Positions 34,690-47,349 of a stretch of 64,000 bases of DNA are shown here, piece by piece (position 1 is the first letter of the stretch; every line of letters begins with the position of its first letter). The stretch comes from Octopus sinensis (Eukaryota), in the NCBI RefSeq assembly GCF_006345805.1, contig NC_043014.1, forward strand, positions 47,926,001-47,990,000, in the 5' to 3' direction. Position numbers and translations under genes: made by a program. The notes below the pieces were generated by a model. That model saw only the letters and a list, made by a program, of their open reading frames with translations. It was not told the origin of the DNA and did no database searches.

Positions 34690-36024
34690 TGTTTAACATA
34701 CATGCATGAATGGGTAGGACGGATGAGAGGAGCCAGCCAGGTAGAAAAACTACCCTAGGCTACAGTGTCTGTTTTGGCATGGATCTCATGGTTGGATGCC
34801 CTTCCTAACACCAACCACTCTGCAGAGTGGATTCGGTGCTTTTTACATAGCACTAGCTCAGGTGAGGTTAGTTTTGCCATGATTTTTACAGCTGGTTGCC
34901 CTTCCAAATGCGAACCATGTTACAGTATGGAATGGATGCTTTTAACGTGGCACCAACACTGGCAGGGTAACCAAGTTAACTCACAAGACAAGGAATTATG
35001 AGAGGGGCTGGGCATTTGAGGAGGGGAACTTGTGTCAGAGGATGAAAGATTAGATTGTGACAAAGAGACAGAAGCAGCTATCTTGCCCCAAAAGAGGGGG
35101 TATTAGAGGAGGTGATCCAGTATCAAATGATGAATGGTTAGAGTGTAACATAGAAATAGAGAGGCAGAAATAGGGGTCTTGCTTTAGAGGAGGTACATGG
35201 TTAGAGAAAGAGGACAGAAACAAGTGTGCTGATGTAAAGGAGATACTAGGTTACTTAGTCCGAGGAAAAATAGGAGGAGAGCGAGAGTAGGAAAAAGTAA
35301 AAGTGTGAGTGAGAGTAGAAGCAAGATGATGTAATGCTAGGGTATACTCACAAGTAAGAGGAATATGAGCGTTGAACCTGGTTAGAAAAATAGGGTGTGG
35401 GTGTTGGGGGGGTGAGGATCAGCGATAGAGTGAGCAGGGCAGTGAGGGCAAGAAATGGGATTGGAAAACAATCTTGATTTATGAAGAGGAAATGGGAGGA
35501 AGAGAAAGATGCAGTCAGAAGAGGAGTTGTAGTTTGATCTCTTTGGGTAGAATGGGTGAAAAGGGTGTTGTTACATATGAGTGAAACAACTCTTCTGAGT
35601 TTCATAGATTGGTCTCCTCTAGAACCTCATATCACCAAACATCCCAGTCCACTGTCATTTCCTCTGTGAGCCCCAACATGTTAAGATCAGTCCCCACCAC
35701 TTCATCCCATGTTTTCCTGGGTCTCCCTCTTTCACAGGCACCCTCTACTTCCAGCAACAGGCACTTTTGTATACAGCTGTCTTCACTCATATGCATCACA
35801 TGTCCAAACCAACACATTCTCCTCTCCTCTATACCATATTTAACCCCTCTTGAGCCCAGCTTTTCCCTCAACACAGTTGTACTTTGTCGGTCATGCACTC
35901 TGATGTTGCAAATCCAATGAAGCACACTACCTTCACTCCTCTCCAGCTTACGCATGTCCTCCGCAGTCAGAGCCCATGTCTCACTACCATGTAACATAGC
36001 CATTCTCACACAAATGTCATACAA
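34690..36024 (-). mobile_element. RTE LINE 3' portion: ORF2 end (35632-36024), long pyrimidine-rich UTR, common tail
   Basis: MLHGSETWALT..KLER..WFGHVMHM..RGRPRKTWDEVV..DL..W, then a CT-rich stretch, then the GGAAGGGCATCC tail in the same orientation. Continuity as a single insertion is inferred. Confidence 0.75.
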
Positions 36025-37819
36025 TCTATATGATGGGTTTTTTTGTCAGTTTCTGTCTAGCAAATCCATTCAAAAGGCTTTGTAAGGAGACACTTGCCCA
36101 AAGTTGCCACACAATGGGACTGAACTCAAACCACATGGTTAGGAAGCAAATTTCTTAACCACATATATATTTCCAAATATACTAAATGGATATAAACATA
36201 ATATAAATGGGGTACCGCCTTGAAGAATTTTAGCTGAACAAGTCGACCTCAATACTTAACACTTTTGCTGTAAAGCCTGGTATGTATTCTATCAGACTCT
36301 TTTGCCAAACTGCTAAGTTATGGGGACATAACACACCAACACCAGATGTCAAGTAGTGGTGGTGGTGGACACTGACACAGACACAAACACACACACATAT
36401 ATATATATATATAAATAATATGTTAAATGTTGATGATGATATATATACAATGGGCTTCTTTCAGTTTCCGTCTACCAAATCCATTCATGGGGCTTTGGTC
36501 AGCCCAAGGCTATAGTAGAAGACAATTACCCAAGGTACCACGCAGTGAGACTGAACCTAGAATCATGTAGTTGGGAAGCAAATTTCTTACTACTAAGACA
36601 TGCTCTAAAGTAAGTCCTGAAATTCCATAGATCTGTGATCAAAGGTGGTAGAATTATAAAAAAACCATCATCTCATCTTGATTTTAAACAATATTTAGGA
36701 CTACATTACCTACTATGTCCTTCTTTTTTTGAGGTCTTAGAGTGTGATTAAACAGAATTGGCTGCTATTTCTAGCATGATGGTTTATTTACTTCTTCACC
36801 TCTTAACATTAATTGTGGCGCAGTTTAACCTCTGTGAACTTAAGTGGAAATGTTTTAACCTAGGTTAACTTACTATGGTTATTTTAAGCTCTGTTTTAAA
36901 TATTCGTTAACCCATAGGGATTTAGTGGGTTTCTGTAAGGAAATATCGGAGATAAGGAGGAGGAGTTTGGGTGGGGTAGAACTTATACACGTTAGAATTA
37001 AGAGTACGTGTAACAAAAAGAAAAAGAAAAAGAAATAAAAAAAGGTATGAGGAAATTCAATCAGATGCAGGCAATGCCAGTAAGTAAGAGCTGTAGAAGA
37101 TATTGGTCGAAAACAAGCAGTCTAACAGTTTACTAACAACGTAAACTGCACTGAAGCAAGCTACTATTTCTGACTGAGAAGACGTAAAAAGCTAAGGTTA
37201 TGACAGGATATTACCAAAATAAATTATTTCTATTACCTAAATAAACAACTAACACTGTTACTTTGTCAACAACAACTTGCCGTAGTTGTGGTGGTGTAGG
37301 GTGGGGGAGGAGAAAAAAACAAACCTAAAATGACCGGTTTGGATTTAAACACACACACACACACAGAAAAAGGAAATGAGATTTGAAAAATAAAAAGAAA
37401 TCACAATTACTATCTGCAGAGGACATGATGAGTCAACAAGAGAACCTCTTGGTGGTTGCTCACTATGCAAGAAACTGCAGCCAAACCACCCTCAAATTAC
37501 ACACTACCATCTCAAAAAAAAATGGAAGGACATAATGAATAGTGTTGTCTAAAGTGCACTATAGCCAAGAAAGTATGGGTAGTCGTGGTTGGAATAGTTT
37601 TGATTAGAAATTTGCTTAGTGAAGGCTGACTGGGACTAATCAACTACAGAATATATTGACCCACAAATAGGGAACCAGTAAGTGTTGCTGTTTAGCCCCA
37701 GTCAGCCCTGATAGAACAGACCTATGATTGAAGACATTCCAGCCATGACCATTTCTTATTAAAACAGCATACCTTGGACTACATTATCAAACATCCTTAA
37801 GATTGCACAATATGACATT

Positions 37820-38186
37820 CATCATCATCATCTTCGTTTAGCATCCGCTTTCCATGCTGGCATGGATTGGACGGTTCAACTGGGGTCTGGGAAGCCAGAA
37901 GGCTGCACCAGGCCCAGTCTGATCTGGCAGTGTTTCTACGGCTGGATGCCCTTCCTAACGCCAACCACTCCGTGAGTGTAGTGGGTGCTTTTTACATGCC
38001 ACCAGCACAGGTGCCAGACGAGGCTGGCAAACGGCCACGATCGGATGGTGCATTTTACGTGCCACTGGCACAGGGGCCAGGCGAGGCTTACAACGGTCAC
38101 GATCGGATGGTGCCGTTTACGTGCCACTGGCACGGGGGCCAGGCGAGGCTGGCAAACGGCCACGATTGGATGGTGCTTTTTATGTT
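37820..38186 (-). mobile_element. RTE 3' UTR copy with about four internal tandem units
   Basis: (ATC)n tail; repeated GGTGCTTTTTACGTGCC-type units. Confidence 0.88.
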
Positions 38187-38478
38187 CCTCTATATTAGTG
38201 TTATCATATGGACTGAAGAAAGAGAGAGTGGAGTCTGGCAATGCCACATAAGTTACAAAACAATAATAATATGGACTCTAGAAATTATACAATTAACGTT
38301 CTGTGTTAAATGGAATTAAATGGATGAAGTACTAAGACATGACTTATGTGGGGCTGCCTTTCCACACACATCTATGCTCTACTGGCATCCCATACTGAAT
38401 ATACTGGGGATGGTTAATGCATCAGCACTCAATGGTGTCCCACTGTTTATTGTGGGATATTAAGATATTAGCACCTCA

Positions 38479-38850
38479 GGCGAGCTGGCAGAATCGTTAG
38501 CACGTCGGGCGAAATGCATAGCCGTATTTCGTCTGCCGTTACGTTCTGAGTTCAAATTCCGCCGAGGTCGACTTTACCTTTCATCCTTTCGGGGTCGATT
38601 AAATAAGTACCAGTTACGCACTGGGGTCGATATAATCGACTTAATCCCTTTGTCTGTCCTTGTTTGTCCTCTCTTTGTTTAGCCCCTCGTGGGTAGTAAA
38701 GAAATAGGTATTTCGTCTGCCTTTACCTTTCATCCTTTCGGGGTATTAAATAAGTACCAGTTACGCACTAGGGTCGATATAATCGACTTAATCCCTTTGT
38801 CTGTCCTTGTTTGTCCTCTTTGTTTAGCCCCTTGTGGGCAGTAAAGAAAT
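38479..38850 (+). mobile_element. SINE family A, dimeric form
   Basis: 16-bp TSD AGATATTAGCACCTCA (38463-38478 / 38851-38866); junction AAAGAAATAG|GTATTTCGTCTG. Confidence 0.92.
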
Positions 38851-38885
38851 AGATATTAGCACCTCACAGATGTAGTAGGGGGCGG

Positions 38886-39089
38886 TTACCATATTTCTTT
38901 TGAAACACACTGCCTTTGTTTTGAGTAATTTTGAAAAGAACAAAAAACTCAGTAAAATAACATCGTCAAACCAAAATATAGGAAACAAATTAAGAAATTT
39001 TGAGGGAAGGTCTTAATTTAGATCACTTTTAAACAGGAAGTTTACGCCATAGAACCAAGAGCAGTCTCAGGTGGTTTGGTATCAAAAGA
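38886..39089 (+). mobile_element. piggyBac-like MITE related to P1, 5'-truncated
   Basis: GTTACCATATTTC start, ends GGTATCAAAAGAG|TTAA. Confidence 0.6.
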
Positions 39090-39105
39090 GTTAAGGCTAT
39101 TAATT

Positions 39106-39521
39106 ACACTACTTGCTGGTATGTCTCTCAAGTTCAAATCTACAGCTGGATAGAACACTTCATTCCTTATTAGCTCAGTTGCCAGTGAAGTAACAGTCAT
39201 TTGAGAATGTTATTTCCTATCCCAAGGAAGAATTCTCCCACTTCAGCCTCACACTACATGCTGATGTGTCTCGAGTTCAAATCTACAGCTGGATAAAACA
39301 CTTCATTCTTATTGCCTCAGTTGCCAGTGAAGTAACAGTCATCTGAGAATGTTATTTCCTATCCCAAGGAAGAATTCTCACACTACTTGCCGATGTGTTT
39401 CAAGTTCAGATCTACAGCTGGATATAGCACTTCATTCCTTATCATCTCAGTTGTCAGTGAAGTAACAGTCATTTGAGAATGTTATTTCCTATCCCGAGGA
39501 AGAATTCTCCCACTTCATCCT
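39106..39521. repeat. Tandem triplication of a 129-145 bp unit
   Basis: Units start ACACTAC at 39106, 39251, 39380; each contains RAGTTCARATCTACAGCTGGAT and GAGAATGTTATTTCCTATCCC. Confidence 0.9.
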
Positions 39522-40250
39522 TGCACAGTGGAACAAGGGTTAGATATATGGCTCCTAAACTCTCTCCTGCCACAGCTACGAAGATATTTATGTAATTGGT
39601 GACCTCTACCACTTCACTGACCCTTATTTCAGCCAACCAAACAGGGGGCCTTCAGAGTTTGTGCCTTAGGCTACACAACACAGCAACAGACACTAGTTTG
39701 GTACCCAATGGACCCATTAGAATTAATTACATTAACAAAAGAGAGAGAGAGAGAGAGATCTAAAATGGATGGTAGTTCTTCTCCACAGACGAAGAACCTG
39801 CTATAAGGATTTCAATAATGGAAAGAAAGGAAAGAGCAACACTTTCCAATGATAATTTAACATTGAAGATTTTTTTTTTCTTCTTTTTTTTTTCAAATAA
39901 AAAAAAAAATTACTATGTATGTGTGGGAGGGAGGGAGGGAGGGGTGGGTGGGTGGGGGGATAATGGTAATGGTAAGAAACAACAAATGTGTTGGTACAAT
40001 AGAAAAGAAGAACAAGTAGATCAGTAAGCCAACAATAATAACAAGAGAGATAAAAAGAAAAAGGAAAAAGAAGAAAAAAAAAAAACATAATATCTGGCTG
40101 ACTGCCACATATGGATGGCAGCAGCAGCAGCAGCGGTAGCAACGGCAGCAGCAGCAGCAGACAGAAGCTATGAATGACTTCACACTACACAACTTCTCCA
40201 GCCATTGAATAAATAGTGGGAGGTTGAAGTATCTTGCAGAGGAGTTCATT

Positions 40251-40378
40251 GACTGTACTGCTGCTGCTGCTGCTGTTACTACTACTACTACTACAACTAC
40301 TACCACTACTACTACTACTGCCATTGCTGCTGCTGCTACTAGCATTGGTGGAGGTGGCGGCGGTGGTGGTGGTGGTTT
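40251..40378. repeat. Compound trinucleotide run (CTG)n-(CTA)n-(CTG)n-(GGT)n
   Basis: Direct reading; a (CAG)n run lies upstream at ~40118-40158. Confidence 0.9.
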
Positions 40379-41050
40379 CTGTTTTGATTGCTTGCTGGTT
40401 TGTGTGTGTGTGTGTGTGTGTTTAGTCTGTACCTAATCTGTTTTCAACATTTAGTTCAGCCATGAACTAAATTGTAAAACAGAACAGTAGCTACTAACAG
40501 AGGCGCTTCTTACACCAAGAACTAGCACTGACAACTACAGAGAAACAACAACAACAACAACAATAATAATAATAATGAAGAAGAAGATACTCCTTTTCTA
40601 CCATAATACACACAAGGCCTGTGTCATTTGGAGGGAAGAAAATAGTCGATTTACATCGACTCCAGTGGTTCAATCATCATCATTTACCATCCGTTTTCCA
40701 TACTGGCATGGGTTGGACAGTTCACAGTTCAACAGGAACTGGCAAGTCCGGAAGATTGCACCAAGTTCTGCTGTCTATTTTTGGCACGATTCCTATGGCT
40801 GGATGCCCTTCCAAACACAAACCACCGGGTGATTTTTTTTTGTTTCTTTTTTTTCTTAGTGGAACCAGCAGCAGAGGAGGTCACCAAATAATTTGCAGGA
40901 CAAGACACTTCAACTTGAAGGAGGAGTGGTATTGAGAGACAGGAAAAAAAAAATGTCTGGCATTAGAAGAGAGACAATGGCTACCTCAGATGGAAAGAGA
41001 AGAGAGAGAGAAGAAGGTGAAGACATGATGGGGAGGGTGAGGGTCCATAC

Positions 41051-41275
41051 CTATTTTTTACAACCCACAAGGGGTTAAACACAGAGGGGACAAACAAGGA
41101 CAGACAAACGGATTAGGTCGATTGTATCGACCCCAGTGCGTAACTGGTACTAAATTTATCGACCTCAAAAGGATGAAAGGCAAAGTCGACCTCAGTGGAA
41201 TTTGAACTCAGAACGTAGCGGCATACGAAATAGAGCTACGCATTTCGCCCGGCATGCTAACGTTTCTGCCAGCTC
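41051..41275 (-). mobile_element. SINE family A, monomer
   Basis: 14-bp TSD GTGAGGGTCCATAC (41037-41050 / 41276-41289). Confidence 0.92.
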
Positions 41276-42166
41276 GTGAGGGTCCATACATCCGTGTTAC
41301 AGGTGTATAGCGTGGACTAGGGATGGGAGAGAATGAGTAGGAGGGCGAGTTCACAAGATTGCAAAAGGAGAGTGAGAACTGGTGAGGGGAAATGCATTGA
41401 GTGGGCACAGGTAGAGAGGGAGGGAGTATCAGGAGGGAATGCTGAAGGGGAGAGATTCAACAGGTACATATTGTGTGCAGGTAGGTATATGAGGGAGAAT
41501 GGAAAGGAGGGAAAAACTGGTGGTGCAACCTTGGAAAGATGAAAAGGAAAGCTAACCTCAGCAGAATTTGAACTCAGCAAGTAAAGACAGATGAAGTGCT
41601 GCTAATCATTTTGTCTGGCATGCTAACACTTCTGCTACTTTATTGCCTTAATAATAATAATAATAACAATAATAATGGCTTCAAATTTTGGCACAAGGCC
41701 AGCAATTATAGGGGAAGTGGGTTAGTTGAAAAGCATGAAGACCAAAATTGACCTCAGTAAGATCTGAATGCAAATGTAAAGAACTGGAACAAATACAAGG
41801 TATTTTCCCAATGCTCTAACAATTCTGGCACTTTTATTGCTTTGGGTGGTGATAATTATTTCTTCCAGTGGCACAAGGGACCCAAGACATTGGGGGATAA
41901 CAACAGATTGTTTTATAAAATACCCTAAAAAAATAAAACCCAGTGTATCCTGAAATACCAAAAACTCATTTTTTTTTCTATCAATCTACAGCCGCATAGT
42001 CAATGTGAACCCATTTAGTAATGCTGTACCACTCTCATCCACCTTTCAAAACAGAAAACAGTTTATTGGAGGGCTTCACTTCCCTCTATACCTGCATTTT
42101 CTTCCTCAAGTTGAACACGAAAAAGCCAAAGAGGGCTTGACCAGAGAGGAAAACTTCTGGCTTTAA

Positions 42167-42357
42167 CCCTTTAGCATTTAGATTACTCTGCCAAATATAA
42201 TGCTTATCTATTCATGTTGTATTGAATTAATTGTGTATTACCTTGTAGCTTTGAGATTTCGATACTCTGATTGCTTATTTTTAGAATGATGTGTGAGGGA
42301 CCAGATCTAATAGTTTTCACATAAACTATTAGATATGGCTGGTTGAAATGCTAAAGA
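42167..42357 (+). mobile_element. piggyBac-like MITE P2, degraded
   Basis: TTAA|CCCTTTAGCATTTAGATTACTC...AAATGCTAAAG. Confidence 0.7.
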
Positions 42358-42535
42358 AAGGTAGTGAGTTGATCCTCATGACACACTCAACAGCTGTTAT
42401 GAATCCAGTTGGTATAAATCCGTAACTTAACAAATCCCAGACACTGAATAAGCGCCTGCTAAACAGTTTCATCTTTTTGTGCATATCTCGACTGCTTGCA
42501 GTTCCAACATGGACATGGAATATCCATATGTCCAT

Positions 42536-42917
42536 ATTGGAATCTGTGGAAGAGGTAGCCCCAGGAAGATGTGGGACAAGATGGTGAAATATGATCTTCG
42601 GATGTTGAATCTCATGGAGGAAAGGACAAGTGACTAAAACTTTTTGGCGATTTGCTGAGCTTGAGAAGTCACATCAAACTAAGTGAAATCATAATTGTGG
42701 CCGGTGCCGGTGACATGTGAAAGGCACCTGTGCCAGTCACACATAAAAGGCACCCAGTACACTCTGTAGATTGGCTGGCATCAAGGAAGGGCATCCACCC
42801 ATAGAAACCACACCAAAACAGATTTGGGCTTAGTGCAACTCTCCAGCTTACCAGCTCCGGCCAAACCATCTTACCCATGCCAGCATGGAAAAGGGACACG
42901 GAATGATGATGATGATG
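42536..42917 (+). mobile_element. 5'-truncated RTE LINE (ORF2 end plus 3' UTR)
   Basis: GRGSPRKMWDKMVKYDLRMLNL followed by tandem units, GGAAGGGCATCC and a (GAT)n tail. Confidence 0.8.
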
Positions 42918-43043
42918 AAATAAAAACACTTCTGTAGCAGTACAAAAGGAAAGACTTTTGGAAATTGTTCATAACCTGAAACCTGAGAACACTCAGATCT
43001 TCTTCATTTGCAACCAGAATCACTTCCAGGTCATCATTGCTCA

Positions 43044-43588
43044 CATCCTCTAAATAATGTGACAGTTGGCTTTCCAGCTGGTAGAGCACAAGTTCCTAGC
43101 AACATCCCAGATGCCATACTCCCAACCTTGATCTGTACTTGATCCAAGATTATAATTTAAACAAACAGATGAAAGCTGTATTGCATGAATGGAAACTGTC
43201 ATTGTCCGCATGCTTGCGTCTCGATAGCCTCGGACTTCACAGACACTCCTTAGAGTGGTTGTAGGGAGCAGATGTACCTCTTGATTGGTAGAATCCATCT
43301 CTTCTGCAACAATTAAAAGAGGTACACTCCAGTCAAGTAAGATATTACCTGGAGCAGGGAACGATGGTTAGGCTTTGGTACACCACAAAGGTAATGGAGA
43401 TACAACTACATACATCCAACCTTTCAGGACAAGCTTCTTCACCCGTTCTGAGACTGCCCAACCCGCTCATGACCACTTCTCAAACTTCTACTTTATAGTA
43501 CGCATCCTCTATATAATGTGACAGTTGGCTTTTCAGCTGGGAGAGCACAAGTTCCCAACAATATCCCAGATGCCATACTCTCAACCTT
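43044..43588. repeat. Pair of ~86-bp direct repeats 459 bp apart
   Basis: CATCCTCTA(A/T)ATAATGTGACAGTTGGCTTT...CCCAGATGCCATACTC(C/T)CAACCTTG at 43044-43129 and 43503-43588, roughly 90% identical. Confidence 0.8.
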
Positions 43589-43959
43589 GGCCATGTATCT
43601 CCTTTAAAACAAGACACCCGGGCAGTCCTCTGTCATGCTTTTTGGCCCATCAACACCTGGCATAAAACCATCAACCCACATTTTCAATATCCTCTCCCCT
43701 TAATAGTCAAGACTTTTTCCTTTTCCTTCTCCTGCTCTTTCATGTCTCACAAGTTACCTGGTGACTTCACTAATGCTAGTGGCACAAAAAATAAACCAAA
43801 AAAAAGCAACCAATACACATAATAAAGTGGATGGCATTAGGAAGGGCATCCAGCCATAGAAAATCTGCTAAAGCTGTCATTGGAGCATGATGCAGTCTGG
43901 TGGCTCACTGGATCCTGTCAAACTGTCCAACCCATGCCAGCATGGAAAATGAACATTAA

Positions 43960-44179
43960 CCCTTTAGTGTTCAGATTACTCTGTTAAATATAATACTTTT
44001 TCACTCAAATTGTTTTGAATTAATTATGCATTATCTTATAGCTTTGAGGTTTCAGTGATGTGATTGTTTAATTTTAGCATGACATTGTAGGTTAGGTGTG
44101 AGAGACTAGATATTTCCAGTTTGAATATAAAACATTTAGAATATTTGGGCCGGATATGGCCGGTTTAAACACCAAAGGG
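43960..44179 (+). mobile_element. piggyBac-like MITE P2, complete
   Basis: TTAA|CCCTTTAGTGTT...AACACCAAAGGG|TTAA. Confidence 0.9.
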
Positions 44180-45233
44180 TTAAATCATGATGATGATGGG
44201 GACAATGATAATGGTGACACTGATGACTAAATCCCACGATATTCTTTCCAGCAACAAGAGCACATTACAAAAGTTATTCGCTATATTTCTTTCTGAACGT
44301 CTGAACTTACTCATCCCCAAAATGTTAAGACAAAGTGGCCACAAAAAAATAAAAAATAAAAAATAAAGGGACTACTACGCTAGAGCAGATACTTCCTTGT
44401 CTGAAACTTCTATACATTGATTTGGAGACACTTCTTAGAAACTATCACTGCCCAGTGTTTGGTGAGACATACGTGGCATCTCTCTCGCAGACAAATCTTG
44501 CTGTCAAGTGTTTTCAACCACTTCAGACTAAAGCAGCTCTTAACCTCAAACACATCTGAAGTCCGTTTCTTTATTTAGAGAGAGAAGACCATCAACAGTT
44601 AACCTGACTGCAGCATCATCATCATCACCACCAGCCTAATGTCCATGAACACACTACTGTTTCTCTGCATTATCTCACCCAAAAAGACTTAGCTTATCTG
44701 ATTTACCTCGTTCCCATGTCTCCCTCGACCCAACACACACACACACACACACACACATTACTACAACACTTAACATCCAATGTAGCCATCAACCAATGTT
44801 TCTTATTAGTCACTTCAAATGTCCATTGTCCAGTTTGTGTTTCACATCCTGTTCACCTCTCATACTCACTCACTCTACCTACATCATGGTCAAACAGTAC
44901 TGCATTTTCACACACACACACACACACAGAATTAATAATTACAATTGAATTCTGACACATTGACACACTAACAATTCATAAGCTGAGCAGGAAGCAACAC
45001 ACCTCCACCACTACCACCACCTTCCCTGCTGTCACACACACACACACACACACACACACAAGGGAACCATCTAGAACAATTAATTTTCAGAAAATATATT
45101 CTACCCTCTTCAAAAGCAACTAAAATTATTCAGGATGGAATTAAACTGAACCAATTACTGCAAACCAAATATTTCTATAACAAGATGCCAGAATATCGTT
45201 GTTTAGCCTCACAATGTGAAGGTACATGGTTTA

Positions 45234-45464
45234 AGGCGGCGAGCTGGCAGAACCGTTAGCACGGCGGACGAAATACTTAGCGGTATTTTGTCTGCCGTTA
45301 CGTTCTGAGTTCAAATTCTGCCGAGGTCGACTTTGTCTTTCATCCTTTCGGGGTCGATAAATTAAGTACCAGTTACGCACTGGGGTCGATGTAATCGACT
45401 TACTCCGTTTGTCTGTCCTTGTGTATCCCTTCTGTGTTTAGCCCCTTGTGGGTAGTAAAGAAAC
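45234..45464 (+). mobile_element. SINE family A, monomer, inserted in the head of an old SINE-C
   Basis: 14-bp TSD AGGTACATGGTTTA (45220-45233 / 45465-45478). Confidence 0.92.
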
Positions 45465-45488
45465 AGGTACATGGTTTAGTGGTTAGAG

Positions 45489-45684
45489 CAGTGGTTTTCA
45501 ACCAGGGTTCCACAGAACCTTAGGGCTCCACAAGAAGTTACAATAATGCTAAAATCGACAGTAATTTTAAATTTTCCTGTGCAGATATGTGTGCATAGGA
45601 GAATTAATTATTGCACAGGAGTTCCTCGAGCCAGTCAAATGTTTTCTTGGGGCTCCGCTCCAGCAAAAAGTTTGAAAGGCACTG
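45489..45684 (-). mobile_element. hAT MITE, 196 bp (23-bp deletion relative to 4036-4254)
   Basis: TIRs CAGTGGTTTTCAA / TTGAAAGGCACTG; TSD GGTTAGAG / GGTTAGTG. Confidence 0.88.
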
Positions 45685-45815
45685 GGTTAGTGTTGGACTC
45701 GTGATTGTAAGATTGTGGCTTCCATTCCTGGACCAGGTGATGTGTTGTGTTCTCAAGTAAAACATTTCATTTCATGCTGCTCCAGTCCACTCAGCTAGTA
45801 AAAACGAGTAATTCT

Positions 45816-46209
45816 TATTTCTTTATTGCCCACAAGGGGTTAAACATAGAGGGGACAAAGAAGGACAGACAAAGGAATTAAGTCGATTGCATCGACCCCA
45901 GTACGCAACTGATACTTAATTTATCAACCCCGAAAGGATGAAAGGCAAAGTCGATCTCGGCGGAATTTGAACAGACGAAATACCTATTTCTTTACTACCC
46001 ACAAGGGGTTAAACACAGAGAAGACAAACAAGGACAGACAAACGGATTAAGTCGATTATATCAACTCCAGTGCGTAACTGGTACTTATTTAATCGACCCT
46101 GAAAGGATGAAAGGATGAAAGGCAAAGTCGACCTCGGCGGAATTTGAACTCAGAATGCAGTGGCAGACGAAATACCGCTAAGCATTTCTGCCAACTCGCC
46201 GCCTTAAAT
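45816..46209 (-). mobile_element. SINE family A, dimeric form, inserted in an old SINE-C
   Basis: TSD GAGTAATTCT (45806-45815 / 46210-46219); same dimer junction as 2026 and 38479. Confidence 0.88.
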
Positions 46210-47026
46210 GAGTAATTCTGCCACAGACCAGTGTCTTGTCCAGGAAGGAATATATATGCCAGAGAAACAAGTCCTATGCTCTATATGGAGTAGACTAACC
46301 ATCAACCTCACTACATCATCTCCTGTCTTTCCTGTTTAACCCCAGGACAGCCTTGACCCAACAAACCTAAGAAAACATCCCACCTTTTCCTATTAACTTG
46401 AGAGGCAGGAGTAACTAAGTGTGCCTGGTGTTAGCCCACCCAACCTGGGTGTCAGGGCTAACTAGATGCATTTAGTATGACAAGTGTTCAGATTGCACCA
46501 CTACAGTTCAGCAATTAGATGGTGTGATGGTTGTAGGAGTAACAGGATTGCGTATGTGGCATGAATGGACAAGAGGAGTGCAATGGGTAAAGTTGGGAGG
46601 AGATGCAACCGATGAAAAGCAGAGACCATTGCAGGTAGAGTAAATACAGAGTGGACACAGCATAAATCAGAAGAACTGCAATAAATTTAAACAATAAAAA
46701 GTCTGGCGGTGGGTTAAATAACAAATTAATCATGCTTTTCAAAGCAAAAAAAAAAAGACAAAAACAAAAACAAAAGAGTCTGCTGATGAAGCACTTCACA
46801 ATTTGCTGACCACTCCTTAGAGAAAATGTACCCAGCTTCCTCCCCCAATTAACAACAGATCATCTGTCATATAAAACACTCCTCCCAAAATTTCAGTAGA
46901 GGTTTGCCATAATTGTTCCAAGTCCTCTAATGAACACCATTAGAATAGTATTTACATTCTTGAATAGTAATGTGAAAGCATACTACAGAACTATATATAT
47001 ATATATATATATATAGTAAATTGTAA

Positions 47027-47349
47027 AGGCGCGTAGCTCAGTGGTTAGATCGTGAGGTTGTGAGCTTGAATCCTGGACTGGGCTGCGTGTTGTGTTCTTG
47101 AGCAAGACGTTTTATTTCACGTTGCTCCAGTTCCCTCAGCTGTAGAAATGAGTTGCGACGTCACAGGTGCCAAGCTGTATCGGGCCCCTTTGCCTTTCCT
47201 TTGGATAACATCGGTGGCGTGGAAAGGGGAGGCTGGTATGCATGGGCGACTGCTGGTCTTCCATAAAAAACAACCTTGCCCAGACTTGTGCCTCAGAGGG
47301 TAACTCTCTAGGTGCAAGCCCATGGTCAGTGCCTGACCGAAGGGGGTCA
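47027..47349 (+). mobile_element. SINE family C, young, with a deletion in the tRNA head
   Basis: GGCGCGTAGCTCAGTGGTTAG...GTGTTCTTGAGCAAGAC...GACCGAAGGGGGTC; homologous to 27878-28218. Confidence 0.88.

Noticed and set aside
42871-43089. ORF with DDLEVILVANEEDL resembling the RT YADD region
   Set aside because: No YADD/FADD and no flanking RT motifs in frame.
43340-43370. ATATTACCTGGAGCAGGG resembling the U1 snRNA 5' end
   Set aside because: Similarity is ~15 nt with indels; no U1 stem-loops or Sm site follow.
44300-44345. Minus-strand ..CAT TTT GGG GAT GA|GTAAGT (HFGDE), a phase-2 donor that would fit the preceding Cbl exon
   Set aside because: In-frame TAA immediately upstream, no AG acceptor nearby and no DAAxFW/RITK coding; treated as coincidence.
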